From positions 317,316,001-317,380,000 of the forward strand of contig OZ024742.1 of NCBI GenBank assembly GCA_964016885.1: a stretch of 64,000 nucleotides of DNA, written 5' to 3'. Of this stretch, positions 40,301-53,791 are shown piece by piece (position 1 is the stretch's first letter; each line of letters starts with the position of its first letter). The DNA is from Eledone cirrhosa (taxonomy: Eukaryota). Both the position numbers and the translations under genes were made by a program. The notes beneath the pieces were generated by a model. That model did not search any database. It was not told where the DNA came from and was given only the letters and a program-made list of their open reading frames with translations.

Positions 40301-41170
40301 AAAAGGACATTTTTTCTTCATCCACAGAATTCATAGTTGGAGCATACACACTCACCAGGGTCGCATATCTTTCTTTGTCCAGCGGAATTCTCATGGACAT
40401 AAGAGGCTCACTAATCCCTACTGGGAATTCTTCTAATTTATCCACAAGAAGTATTAACAGCAAATGCTACCCCAGCCTCTCTTCTGGTTCCTTCATCTCT
40501 TCCTTGCCAGAAGAATGTATATTCTCCACAAAATACTGTAAGATGACCATCTCCAGCTAACCTCATCTCAGATAAAGCTACGATGTCAACCTCGTAACGT
40601 CGAAGCTACTTTGCAACAAGAGCGGCTCTTCGTTCAGGACGTTCCAAGGAATCCCTGTAAAGCAGCGTCCGTACGTTCCAGCAGCCAAGACTAAATGCCT
40701 TGTTTGGCTCTATTACAGTGGCACGGTGACGAGCAGGCGCAGGCTATGATAACCTGGGGCCCCTGCCCTTATTGCCAATTATCTCTTTTGTTCCAGAACC
40801 CTTATTGCCAAATATCTCTTTTATATTGTTTTGGAACATCATTGAATTTGGAATAAAACAGTAATAATAATAGAAACAATAATAATAATAATAACAATAC
40901 ACTATTAATAATTATCAATTAATGCTCTCGTGCAATGCCTATGCGTGAAGAATATTTTTAAAGTGAGGAAAGACTGTGCACTGAGCCAATCCCACTTTCT
41001 GAGTGACAGTAGCTATAACCCGAAAAGAAGAAAAGATCAACATCATCGGTAACTACTGAGCCGCAGATTTTATGTCGGAGTTAATCCAGTTTCCTGAGAT
41101 GCCTTTTCCTAGAAGAATGCCCTGATAAGGGTTAGGGGTCCTTCACTCCCAGTGGTTTAACTGCGCGATC
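37381..41170 (-). mobile_element. RTE/BovB-like LINE copy 1 (5'UTR, APE, RT, C2H2 fingers), decayed, 3' end missing
   Basis: GCWNVRTL at ~40680, VYAPT, LGDFNARVG, YRGISLLS, DLTKAFD, YADD; colinear with 53800-55049. Confidence 0.92.
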
Positions 41171-41423
41171 GGGTATCCAGCCCGACTATTTCTATGTCCC
41201 CCGCGCATAAAAAAACTCACTTATTGACACTCATACGTACGACATACACACACGCACACACACACACATATACGCGCGCACACACCAACACTCATGCATA
41301 CAAACAAACACACACACGCTACTCACTTACACACACAAACATATATATATATATATATACATACATACATACATATACATACATACATACATATACATAC
41401 ATACATACATATACATACATACA

Positions 41424-42007
41424 TGGTGGCTGCCAACTCGTTTTCGAGTACGGCCACTACTTTATATCCATGTAGGAGAACCCCTACCGATGCGCTGAAC
41501 GAGTGTGACTTTTTAGTCCAGCCAGCGACTTGAAAACTCTGGTACAAACACTACACTTGTGACAATTATTGACACATAGTGCTTTGCCTTTGGTACCATG
41601 TGACGACAAGTGCAGAGAGATCTCCAGATATAAAGCAATGCCTGTGCCGTGAAGCTTTTATAGTGAGCAAAGGCACTGCACAAAGCCAGTCCCACTCTCT
41701 TAACCAAGATGATATTTACCAAAAAGAAGAACAAGTCAACATCATTGGATACCATCAGAGTTGCAGGTGTTATATCAGAGTTTTCCTTCTCCTAGAATTC
41801 TGCCTTGACAAAGGCTAAGGGGTCATCTCTCCCAGTGATTTTGGATGGCCATTGACTCTTAAGAGCTCCTTTGCCCTTTGACAGGTTTTGTTTTTAGTCC
41901 TGCAGGATGTCCAAAGTCACCCTCCTCACCAAGAAACCTTGCCAGTTTAGTCGCCAACGACCCGACCATGAGACAGGTTGTACTGGGATACATGTTACCA
42001 GTAGCAC
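41424..42007 (-). mobile_element. Non-autonomous bipartite RTE derivative, copy 2
   Basis: Near-identical to 14851-15436 (9-bp deletion at ~41940); (TACA)n on both sides. Confidence 0.88.
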
Positions 42008-42102
42008 CATACATACATACATACATACATACATACATACATACATACATACATACATACATACATACATACATACATACATACATACATACATACATAC
42101 AT

Positions 42103-45100
42103 AATGGCGACCGTTGTGGTCAGTGTCCGATAATCGGACGCGTGTAATTACGGCTTACATGAAGGCAACATACCATATATTGGAAAAAGTTGAGCTACAT
42201 TACGCGGTAAGATTACATACAATAATTCTACATAAGTATTTGAACTGAAAGTGTGTTGTAAAACACCTATTTATATGAACGATACATACACTTATGATAT
42301 ATGAACGATACATACACTTTAACATATAAATGCAACGTTGTTAAATTACATTTATAAAGAAATATACAAGTAACGTTTTCGATTCAGAAACAAAAACATA
42401 AGTGTTTGAACTGTGAATATGTTGTAGAATGATTTATATGAATGATACATAAACTTTAACATATAAATACAGCGTTGTTATATTACATTCATAAAGAAAT
42501 ATAGTAAGTAACGGTTCTTTTTGTTCTCGATTCAAACAATTCAAGAACAACGTTTAAAACACAGTTGTAGAATTAAAAACTAACTGAAAAAAAATATTAC
42601 CCAATCTGTGAATAACTTTAAATTTGATTCTGACAGAACTTTGTCGAAACTTTTAAAGAAGATCATCGACTATTTTGAAAAATAAATACGAAATATCAGT
42701 GAATAGACGAACTCAACATGGCAAAAAGTACAAGTCTCCTTCGACCAAATCGCAACTACAACCGTTGTATACAGTGGAGCTACGAGCTTAACAAAGAATT
42801 ATATGAAGCATACAAACAATTTGAACCCCAAAAGTTCGGTTTTATGCAAAGGCTAAAAACTTTATGGAACTCCAAACACCCAGAATTAGACTTTTCTCCA
42901 AAGCATTTAAATGAACAGGCAAAATGTATCATTTGATGTAAATTGATACATCTAACGGAATTGAGTGATACTACAAATACAGCCCTTGTAGACCACCACC
43001 CCACCTCCACTGACAGACAAAGAGAATGGCCAGCTAAATCTAACAGTGAACAGCTCACCAACAATTTTGCTGAAATCCATCCCACTTCCACTGAAGAACA
43101 GCGAGAAAGGTCAGCTAACTCGAGTAGTAATTGTCACCACATCAACAACGAGGCTGAAATTCATGACTCTACTGAACAAACAGAACACCAAAAACTTGTG
43201 GACACCTTACAAGTGATATGGAACGATATGTTTCAAGAGATACACAGCCTTAATGTGAGCGACAGACCATACAACATCAGAATCAGTAAAGAACCCACTA
43301 AATTGGAATTGGAAGCGGTGAACGAAATAGCTGGCAATTATCTGAAGGCTATACGATCTAAAGGTGTAGAAACGACATTTGAAACGCTTAATATTTTGTT
43401 ATATGTTTCAGCTGTCACATTGCTATCATATAACACACATCTAAAACCATACAATCAAGATACAAACAGAAAGCCTGAACCAGCGAGGATGCGAAATTTA
43501 AAAACCAAAATTTTGTCCCTGAGACGAAGTATCTCACACATCGCAGTCGTTATGAAATGCAACATAGAGAGCAACTTCACACGACACCAGAAAGACCTAA
43601 AAAAAAAAGTTAGAGAGACGATTTGGAGATACAAAATTTAAAACTTTGAACTCCAAATTACACCAGTTGAAACAACAACTCACAGCTACAACAGAAAGAC
43701 TAAAATATAAGTCAACAGCACATAAACGACAAGTGTTAAATAGATTGTTTGCCAGGGATCCTAAATCAGTTTATCGCAGCTTCGGTGACAAAAGCTCAAT
43801 CCTGTAAATGACACCCCTTCAAAAGAATAGGTTGAGAGCTACTGGAGATCTGTATGGGAAACAGATGACGGATTCAACAGACAAACTAATTGGCTAAAAG
43901 AACTGGAACAGGACTACTGCCAACATGTCCAGACAAAACAATATGACATAGAGGAGTCAATACTGGAAACAGCTCTACAGAAAATGTCGAATAGGAAATC
44001 GCCAGGCCCAGACCTCATTACAGGATACTGGTTGAAGAGTTTCACTTTCTATCGGCAAGATCTCATACGGCTGTTTACAGAAACCATTAAAGGCACACAA
44101 GAACTGCCCAGATGGTTATCAACTGCCACTACTCTCCTCATTCCCAAAAATAGTCAAACCACCCTTGCTAAGAATTACCGCCCAATAGCCTGCCAAAACA
44201 TCATGTATAAATTATATACTGGGTGCCTTAACCTGTTCTTACAGGATCACTGTACTACCAACAACATCATAACACCTGAGCAAGCTGGTGGAAAGAGGGA
44301 GGTGTGGGGTTGAGTAGATCACCTACTAACTAATAAAATGATTCAGGAAAAAACAACAAAGAATCGCAGAAACATGACTGTGGTGTGGCTGGACTATCAA
44401 AAAACATTTGATAGTGTACCTCATGGGTGGATTATTAAGGCTTTACAGTTAGCCAAAGTCCCACAACCATTGGTAGCTGCTGTTGAACGCCTGACAAAGA
44501 ACTGGTACACCAATTTGATCCTTAGAGGTGAGAAGTATCAAGTTAAGACTGATAAGATACATTACCAGAAGGGCATCTTTCAGGGTGATAGCTTGTCAGT
44601 GCTACTCTTCGTTCTCTCACTAAATCCACTATCTTACCTACTCAGGAAACAAGGTGGACAAAGAAGTGGGTCCAGAAGTATCTCCCATCTTTTCTTTGTT
44701 GATTACCTGAAGTTGTATGGGCCAAATATTAATGACATCAAGAAACAATTGGACCTCATTACACAATTTTCAACCGACATCAAAATGAAATTTGGTGAGT
44801 CCAAGTGTGCATATTTGGCAGTAAGACGTGGAAGAGCTGTGCCCTCCTCTAAAAATCTAGAGATGAACGGCCTGACAATACAACCTCTACAGTCAGGTGA
44901 CAACTACAGATATCTTGGACAGGATGAGAATGTCAGATATGATGGACCCATAAATAAGGAGAGAACCAGAACTGAATACCTCTGAAGAGAAAAGAAAATA
45001 TGGTCATCAGAACTGTCAGCGTACAACAAATACATTGCCCACAATACTTATGCTGTGCGAATTCTAACGCCAACATTTGGCCTGCTGAACTGGTCATTGC

Positions 45101-46286
45101 AAGAACTAAGTGAGATGGATGTTAGAACTCGCAAACTTCTCAGTGTTACTGGGAACTTTAACATCAATGGTGATGTGGATAGGCTATACTTCTCACGCAA
45201 GGAAGGTGGCCGGCTCTAAAATCAATATTAACAACATATGAGACCCGGATAGTAACACTGAAGCAACACCTTCAACAGAGGAAAAAGGTTGGCAACCATC
45301 TTGCCAAGGTTTATGAGCATGAAAAAAAATATCATTAGAATAGCGACTGATCTGGAGGAGAGATATGGAATAAAGCCTGATATAAATCTCTCACCCAGAG
45401 AAATCGGAAGATCCTATTCAAATTGACCAATTTACAGAAAACGTTGTGCATGGATACTTGAGACGTAAAACACAGACCATAGAGGGGATAAACCACTCAA
45501 AAAGCCTGGCATGGAGTTCCGACAAGTTTATGACATCACACCTTGAGGAATATCTCTAGGCAATACAGGAACAAGAACTCCCTACCAAATATCTGCTGCA
45601 CAAAAGAGGAGGGCCAGCAGCTGAAAATAAATGTAGGCTATGTAAAACAAAGATCGAGGATGTAAGCCACATTGTTGCCAGCTGCGAAAGAATGTCATCT
45701 CGCTACTACCTCCCCATGAGACACGATGGGATAGCTAGAACCATCTGGAACGCACTTCGGAAAACAAAATTAACAACAAACGAGGAAGAATATATTGAGA
45801 CAGATGGCACTAAGGAATACTGGTGGAATCTGAAAATAAAAACCGCCACCAAATTAAAGCACAACCGGCCTGATATTGTTGTTTGGGACCACACATTGAA
45901 AACGTGTTCTGTTGTGGGGATCAGATGCCCACTTGATGTAAACGTTGTCAGAAAAATACAGGAGAAGGAGGACATCTACGGATCATTGATGAGGAGTTTA
46001 CAAATCCAGTATCCAAGATACACCTTTAGCTTCATACCCATCATTATTGGAGCTACGGGTTATATACCAACCCGTTTGGACCAAAGTATGACTCAACTTG
46101 GATTTGCGGGCAAAAAGCGCAGCTCCCTAATTCATAGTCTATAATGGCTGCGATAGCTGGCACCTTCAAAATTTGCAAAACATTCTTGCGAATCAAGGGA
46201 TGATAATTTCTTTTCTTTTACAACCTTGCCACCAGGTAGGTGGCTGGTCAAAAAAGAATATACTCGAAATTAAGAGAAAGAGATAA
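42103..46286 (+). mobile_element. R4/Dong-like RLE family C, apparently full-length copy C1, decayed, in (TACA)n
   Basis: ORF pieces from 42718 to ~46203 carry KSPGPD, YRPIAC, GIFQGDSLS, FVD(Y)LK, RHD and HNRPD; (TACA)n at 42009-42102 and 46287-46348. Confidence 0.9.
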
Positions 46287-46577
46287 CATACATACATACA
46301 TACATACATACATACATACATACATACATACATACATACATACATACATTTTCTAATACAAAATATTCTTTCTGATCTGTTGTATCATTAGGGAGACTTG
46401 TCATTCTGTTTGTAAGTGACATTTCCGATGTTGAGAGAATATTCTAATAAATTCAAAGTAACTGTACATTCGTTCATATAAATATCTACATATAAGAAAT
46501 GACTACATAGATACAAACACGACAGATAAACTGAGACACGTAGACACATAGAAAATTAGATAAAAGAAATAAACATT

Positions 46578-46601
46578 TATATATATATATATATATATAC
46601 G

Positions 46602-46693
<92 letters not shown>

Positions 46694-46695
46694 CG

Positions 46696-46737
<42 letters not shown>

Positions 46738-46760
46738 TATACGTACACATATACACATAT
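46578..46760. repeat. (TA)n/(TG)n microsatellite
   Basis: Read directly. Confidence 0.95.
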
Positions 46761-47825
46761 AATATACACCAACTTAGAGACTTAACCTTCCAGGCATAAA
46801 CACATGCATCATTTATCAATATATATGCATACATATGTTGCAAGTCAAGACAAGCAGTCTCTTTCCAGAATTTCTGCTTTCGACTTAATCGGTTCATTGT
46901 ACGTTGGCATATTACCTGAGGGAAACTTGTCAGACTGTCGGTAAGCGACACTTATCATTTTGAAGAATATTGGAATAAGTATATATCTTTCTTTTGTGTT
47001 TCTGTGTTTGCTTGTAGGTATTTATAAAGATAAGCTGTTTTCCACCATTCTAGGTTAGATATCTACAGCCGGCAACATACTCACAAGCAATATGAAGTAA
47101 TCTACATCGGTGACTTATACATTAGCTTATGCCAGCGTAAACAAACGTAGTTCAGTGAATCACAAATACCAAACGACCACAAAACTAATGATAAATATTA
47201 AGAATGTTTATATAAGCATGACAAAGTATGGTATACATATATGTATGTGTGGACTCGTATCTCCTGATCGAGTTGTACAAGCGCTATCGTGGGGCGCCTT
47301 CTTGAACAATTTAATCCCGATGGACCCATCACTCTCCAGGTCTGAACACAGCCGATTCCTTCTAGAGAAGGAGAGAGAGTGAATTCTAGAGAGGACTTCT
47401 AGAGAGTGAGCTCTGGAGAGGAAGAGTCGACCTCAGTATTAGATTAGAACTTTATCAGAGCGCAGGGAACATTCTATTTGACATCCTAACGCTTCGCCAA
47501 TTTGCCTCCTGTTAATATACATGACTTGTATTAATATAAATTCCTTATATTGTCTTGTTGTGAGATGTAATTGATTTTACCCTTCCCAGAACTAGATTGT
47601 TATTTATTTCATCGATCACAGAGAATTAAAGACCTTCTGGTTTCCACATTTTTTAACTTAGACCCTAAAGTCGAGTGAGTAAATATGACAAGGTATTTTG
47701 TCTGATACTCTACCGATTCCCCTATCATGAATACGATATAATAAATTAAACTAAACGAAAAGATCACTCGTTTTTAATTACAATTGTTGTAAAAGAGTGT
47801 TTTCTACAATATTATTTTAATGAAT

Positions 47826-48037
47826 GCGGTGGATTGTCAGTATCGGTTAAGGGCGGTGGATTGGCAGTATCGGTAGAGGGTCGGACGCCATGCTTTGACG
47901 CATTGAGTTACGGCCCTTGCCATTCTGAGTTCAAATCCCGCTGAGCTTAACTTTGGCTTTCATCCTTACGGGGTCGATAAAATAAAGTACCAGTAATACA
48001 CTAGGTAATGAATGGCCTTGTGCCAAAAGTAGAAACA
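47826..48037 (+). mobile_element. tRNA-like SINE with a duplicated head and a 13-bp target-site duplication
   Basis: A-box-like TGGCAGTATCGG and B-box GAGTTCAAATCC; body near-identical to 58820-58940; ATTATTTTAATGA at 47811-47823 and 48038-48050. Confidence 0.8.
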
Positions 48038-49479
48038 ATTATTTTAATGATAAAATCTCATATGTTCAGCTTCTAAGATCGTTGCATGAATGTATTTTTT
48101 TAGTCACAGTGCAGCACCTAATCGTTGTCAAACTAAACTGCTTATTCTTTTAACAGTGGTGGTTTTGTAATGCCTAGACAAACAGCATCAAGTAAACAAT
48201 AAAGTTGACACATATGTTGGTGACAGTCAGCTCATAGATTGTTACCATTGTTGAACTTAACCTTAATAAAACTGGAAGATTTACAATTACATAATACGTT
48301 TTGCCTCAATACTTGATTTATAAATCTAACTTCTAATTTTTGACTTAACAAATGATGTTATGCTAGGGTGTTATTCTCTCTGTTTATTTCTAAAAATATG
48401 GTAGTGACATTTTTTTGTGTTAATCTCATGAATCTCATTATTATTCTCACTTAACTCGTAAAGTCTCATTTTGAAATCGTTATTCTCATTTTGGATCGAC
48501 ATGGCCTCTCTTTGATATATGTCCTCACTTAGAATTTCTCACTGTTGTTGTATCTATATTTTATATATTCAGCAGCACCAAAGTCGAATCAAAGATACTT
48601 TTCGCTTTGAAGAGTTGAATTATTTTAGGACTGAATCAAGAGAATTTCCTACTGTAAGGAATTGTTTCTTTAGCCTTGTGTCAACTAATCAATCATACCT
48701 CTAATCGAAGCCTTCTATCCATGGCAATCACACCCTATTTTCATACAGCATACACATTACTCAACTTACCTAAAGTTGTATCACTCCCATATAATTACTG
48801 TGATTAGAAGAGAGATCGTCATTCGTAAGAACGAGCACCGCGGAATGGACGGCTCTTTCAACGCATTTCTCTCACCAGCCAACGAAGAAACCCATTTGGC
48901 ATTCCCTCCTTTCAAACCATGAATCGACAACATAGATAGGAAATTTGAATGATAATTTCTAGTAAGTTGGTTCAAACATGTATCAGCGTATTCATATGTA
49001 TTCTTTCTCATAGTTAAAGCAACCATGATTACTGTACTATCTGAGATTTCGTGTTTTCAACATGTTATAGTTGATGACTTCTCTAGTATTGCGGTTTAGA
49101 AATGTATTAAGTATATTTATGTTTGATGTGGGTGTATTTTGAGTAATAAAAAGAGTGAAGACATAGAACATAATGTTTATGTTGCCGTTGGTGATGTTGG
49201 TGGCAGGTTGTAGGGATTGTTACTTAATTCAAAAAGGAACAAATAGAAAGTGGTTAATGTTATTTTCGGAAGTCACTAACACATCAATACAGAAATAAAG
49301 AAAAAAATATCAGCGGATTTTATTATCATGTTTACTTTTTGTTGATGTTAATAATATTGATCGTGTTTTGATGGTTTCGTTTTATTTATATTTATTATTG
49401 CGTCCTTTAGAAGTAGATGAAAACAGAAATAGATCACATAAGTTCACAACAATATATAACTGTCTATATATTTTTCTCC

Positions 49480-49617
49480 TTTCTCTCTCTCTCTCTATAT
49501 ATATATATAGGCTTATACATATGTATATATTTATATATATATATATATATATGCTTACATATATATATAAGCAAGGAAAAGCGGACGTAAAATGATTGTT
49601 GATGAATGATGATGATG

Positions 49618-49665
<48 letters not shown>

Positions 49666-49951
49666 TACTATTTTATATATATAAGAGAAACGGCGAGTAA
49701 GATAAAATATGGGACACGAGAAGGATAAAGAGTTAGAGACTTGTGGGAAATAAGTAATACTTTTTTAATAAAGCAAAGGAGGCTCTGTATATAATAATGT
49801 AGATTTATTTCATGAATATATAGATTGAATTTATACACAGACACACGCACACATACATGCATATACAGACACACGCACACATGCACACATACATGCATAC
49901 AAATATACATACATATATAGTTATATAAATAACTATAACTGTATTTATATA

Positions 49952-50049
<98 letters not shown>

Positions 50050-50109
50050 TATATATACATATATATATATATGCATACATATATATATATATATATATAT
50101 ACATATATA

Positions 50110-50195
<86 letters not shown>

Positions 50196-50400
50196 ATAGT
50201 AGTATGGAAATTTGTTTCGGACAAAGCACTTTAGCAGAAAAGCCAATAACAACCAATAGAAAAAGAGTGACATGGTGAAATCTATTGCAGTAAAACAAAT
50301 CACACACGCATACTCACGCGCGCACGCGACATACACACACACACACACACGCACACACACACACATAAACACACACACACACACACAAATATATATATAT
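49480..50400. repeat. Compound (TA)n/(TATG)n/(TAG)n/(CA)n microsatellites
   Basis: Read directly. Confidence 0.9.
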
Positions 50401-51580
50401 AAAACATGAAAGAAGAGAAATGAGAGTGGGGACGTAACTCCCATATGGAAAAAGTCTTTCCTTAGAACATAGCTGAGAATAACATTGAAATTTAGTCTGT
50501 TTACTACATACTCATATATTATCAGTATAATGTCAATATATATCAATACACCCATTTACATAAACACACGATGAACATTTATCCTATAAAATAGATAAAA
50601 AATACTTGTAAATCTTCAACTATATGTCATCAGATCGAAGAGGTGTATTTTGAACCTGTGAGAAAACTAGAATTCTTCAGGGGGTAAAAATCATCGCTCA
50701 AAGTGTGAGATATTCAGGAACGGTTTACATTTCGAAAGGTATTTACGCTCTTCTTGGAATCACCAACAAACAGACCTACTACCTGTACGGGTTAATGAAC
50801 AAAGCTCACCAAAGGCATAGATAAGAAGCTATGGAATGTAGAACAGCATGTAAAATATATGTAATATGCTTTAACCATATGTCGGCACGCCTCTTCCAAT
50901 TACAATTAGTTCTTAAAGCTTCTGCGTTATTCGAAAATCATGTTCATGAACCTAATATAAAAGGGGCTATTTCCTCTATGTGAAAGGAATAACATCGGAT
51001 TTTTTGGAGTTTGAGAAATCGTAGGAAAGCAATGACGGATATGATTTAGAGGTTTTCCTCTTATGTTCGGTGATACTCTTTCATGTAGAACAATAGGTTA
51101 AAAATTAAAAGATTTTTTTTTTTTTTCTAAAATACTTCCAAGCGCGTATTTTCAATATCGCGTAAGATGTAGACTGGCTGTATGCAAAAGTCAAACAGAA
51201 ATAACAAAACAAATGGCACAGTGCAATGAAGGAATATATTATTAGTTTTACGTTTGATATAGTAGGCTGATCTTTCATCAGAAAATAGAATGAGAAATCA
51301 AAGAATAAATAGAACGATAGAGGAGAGTGGGCAGTTTCCTCATAGGAAAAACATTAGATATTAAAACTTGTGCTAAATATGTTTACTCCATATACTTGAG
51401 TGGGCGTGCATCTCGACATGTACACACATCTCACTCTCACATTCACATAAAGCAGAGGTGGTGCCTCATTATGTTCATTCAAGCTGCTACAACTTGCAGC
51501 AATATTTGCTTCAAATCACGACTTCCATTCTTAAATGTTTAACACTCAGGATCCAAACTGGATATATCTATATCCCAGTG

Positions 51581-51746
51581 CATACATACATACACACATA
51601 CATACATACATACATACATACATACAGATGGACATGCGTACATACATACATACATACATACAGACGGACATACATACATACATACATACATACATACATA
51701 CATACATACATACATACATACATACATACATACATACATACATACA
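51581..51746. repeat. (TACA)n tract
   Basis: Read directly; abuts the family D element. Confidence 0.95.
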
Positions 51747-53283
51747 TTAACTGTTTCACCGATATTTGATGAGGACTACTACAGATACCTGGGGATAGAT
51801 GAGAACATATCCTATAATGGTATCTGTAATAAAGAACGCGTAAACAGGGAATACTACACCCGATTAAGAAAGATATGGTCATCGGAACTCTCTGCGCAAA
51901 ACAAAACAGTGACTAACAATGTGTTTGCTGTGCCTCTTCTAACACCAACGTTTGGAATACTCAATTGGACGATAGACGAAATCCGAGCAGTTGATATTGG
52001 AACTCGAAAAATACTGAACAACACCGGAAACTTCCACATCAACAGTGATATAGACCGCCTTTACTTGAAACGTAAGCAGGGAGGCAGAGGCCTAACATCA
52101 GTCCAGACAACATTTGAATGTCGCATCATATCTCTCCGACAACATCTACGAACCTCGAAGCGTAGGAGCCCGTTTCTCGAGCAAGTCTATCTGCATGAAA
52201 CAGATAAGATCATGAGAGTTGGGAAGGAACTCCTTGAGAGATATTCCCTGTGTGATAATCAAAAGCTCACACCCAGGGATGTCGCTCAGCAGTATCGCAG
52301 TAAATCCATGGATGAAAAACTGCATGCCTATCAGCAAAAAATCATGCATGGATATGTTGCCAGGAAGCTCAGAGTGAGAGTAATATAGATAAGGAAAGTA
52401 CAACCGCTATATTGGCTCCCACTTTGAAGGATACGCTTTTGCAATCCAAGAACAGGAGATTAGCACGAAATACCTGATTCACAAAAGAGATAGGGATGCA
52501 GGCAAAACACCTAAATGTGATAACAAGTGCAGACTCTGCAGAACTAACATCGAGGATATCACCCATGTCATCAGCAACTGCCCAAAGATGTCATCGCGGT
52601 ACTATCTACCTATGAGGCATGATGTAGTGGCCAAAACACTGTACAATGCAGTTCGTAAAAAAGATAGCCCCGATAATAAACACATTGAAAGCTACAACAA
52701 TGTGGAAGACATCCATGTACATAATATGAAAGAGTACTGGTGGAATGTTCCAGTAAAAACCCCAATAAAATGCAGGCATAACAGACCAGATATTATATGG
52801 GACAGGGAGAAGAAAACATGAACAGTAGTGGAAATTAGCTGCCCAGCAGATACCAATATAATATCAGATTACACCTTCAGATTTATGCCTGTGATTATTG
52901 GGGCACTGGGATATGTTATTAACTGCCTCAATACAAATCTTGAGAAGCTAGGCTTCACAGGAACAGAAAAAACACAACTAGTTTGGAAACTACAAGTACA
53001 ATCCATTAATGGAACAGTAAAAATATATAAAACATTCCAAATATTTTGCATCTAATAACTGCATATACACATGTACATATACTAAGCATATACACATGCA
53101 CACATACAACTCAAAACATACACATCCACACATACAATAACATCCATATCTACACATGCATGCATATATACATATATACCTAGTTGATGTTGTGTAAATT
53201 CCAATGAGAGAGTCTTGTGTCTATGTTAGAAACCGACTCTCTCTCTATTGGTAAAACTTTGGGAAATTATAAAACCAGAAGAA
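51747..53283 (+). mobile_element. R4/Dong-like RLE family D (related to C), 5'-truncated and decayed
   Basis: ORFs 51909..52388 (DIDRLYLKRKQGGRGL) and 52588..52821 (MSSRYYLPMRHD...HNRPD); 3'UTR differs from C; (TACA)n on both sides. Confidence 0.87.
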
Positions 53284-53317
53284 CATACATACATACATAC
53301 ATACATACATACATACA

Positions 53318-53386
53318 TGATGGCTGCCCCCTCGTTATCGAGTATGGCCATTGCACAATAAAAAAAAAAAAATAAATAAAAAAAAA

Positions 53387-53437
<51 letters not shown>

Positions 53438-53469
53438 GAAAAAAAAAAAAAAAAAAAAAAAGGGAAAAG

Positions 53470-53506
<37 letters not shown>

Positions 53507-53628
53507 TATTCATATATATATACATACACATATATATACACACACACATACATACACATACATACATATATACACACACACATACATACACATACACTCA
53601 CACATATATACACACATACATTAATAAC

Positions 53629-53674
<46 letters not shown>

Positions 53675-53759
53675 GCAATAATATTAATAACGACAACAAC
53701 AACAATAATATACATATTCATATATATATACACACACACGCACGCACATAAGCATATCC

Positions 53760-53791
<32 letters not shown>

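Noticed and set aside
48760-49030. 81-aa ORF and an AG/GTAAGT donor at ~48770 on the minus strand as a host exon
   Set aside because: No recognisable homology, and stops occur in all frames close to the donor.
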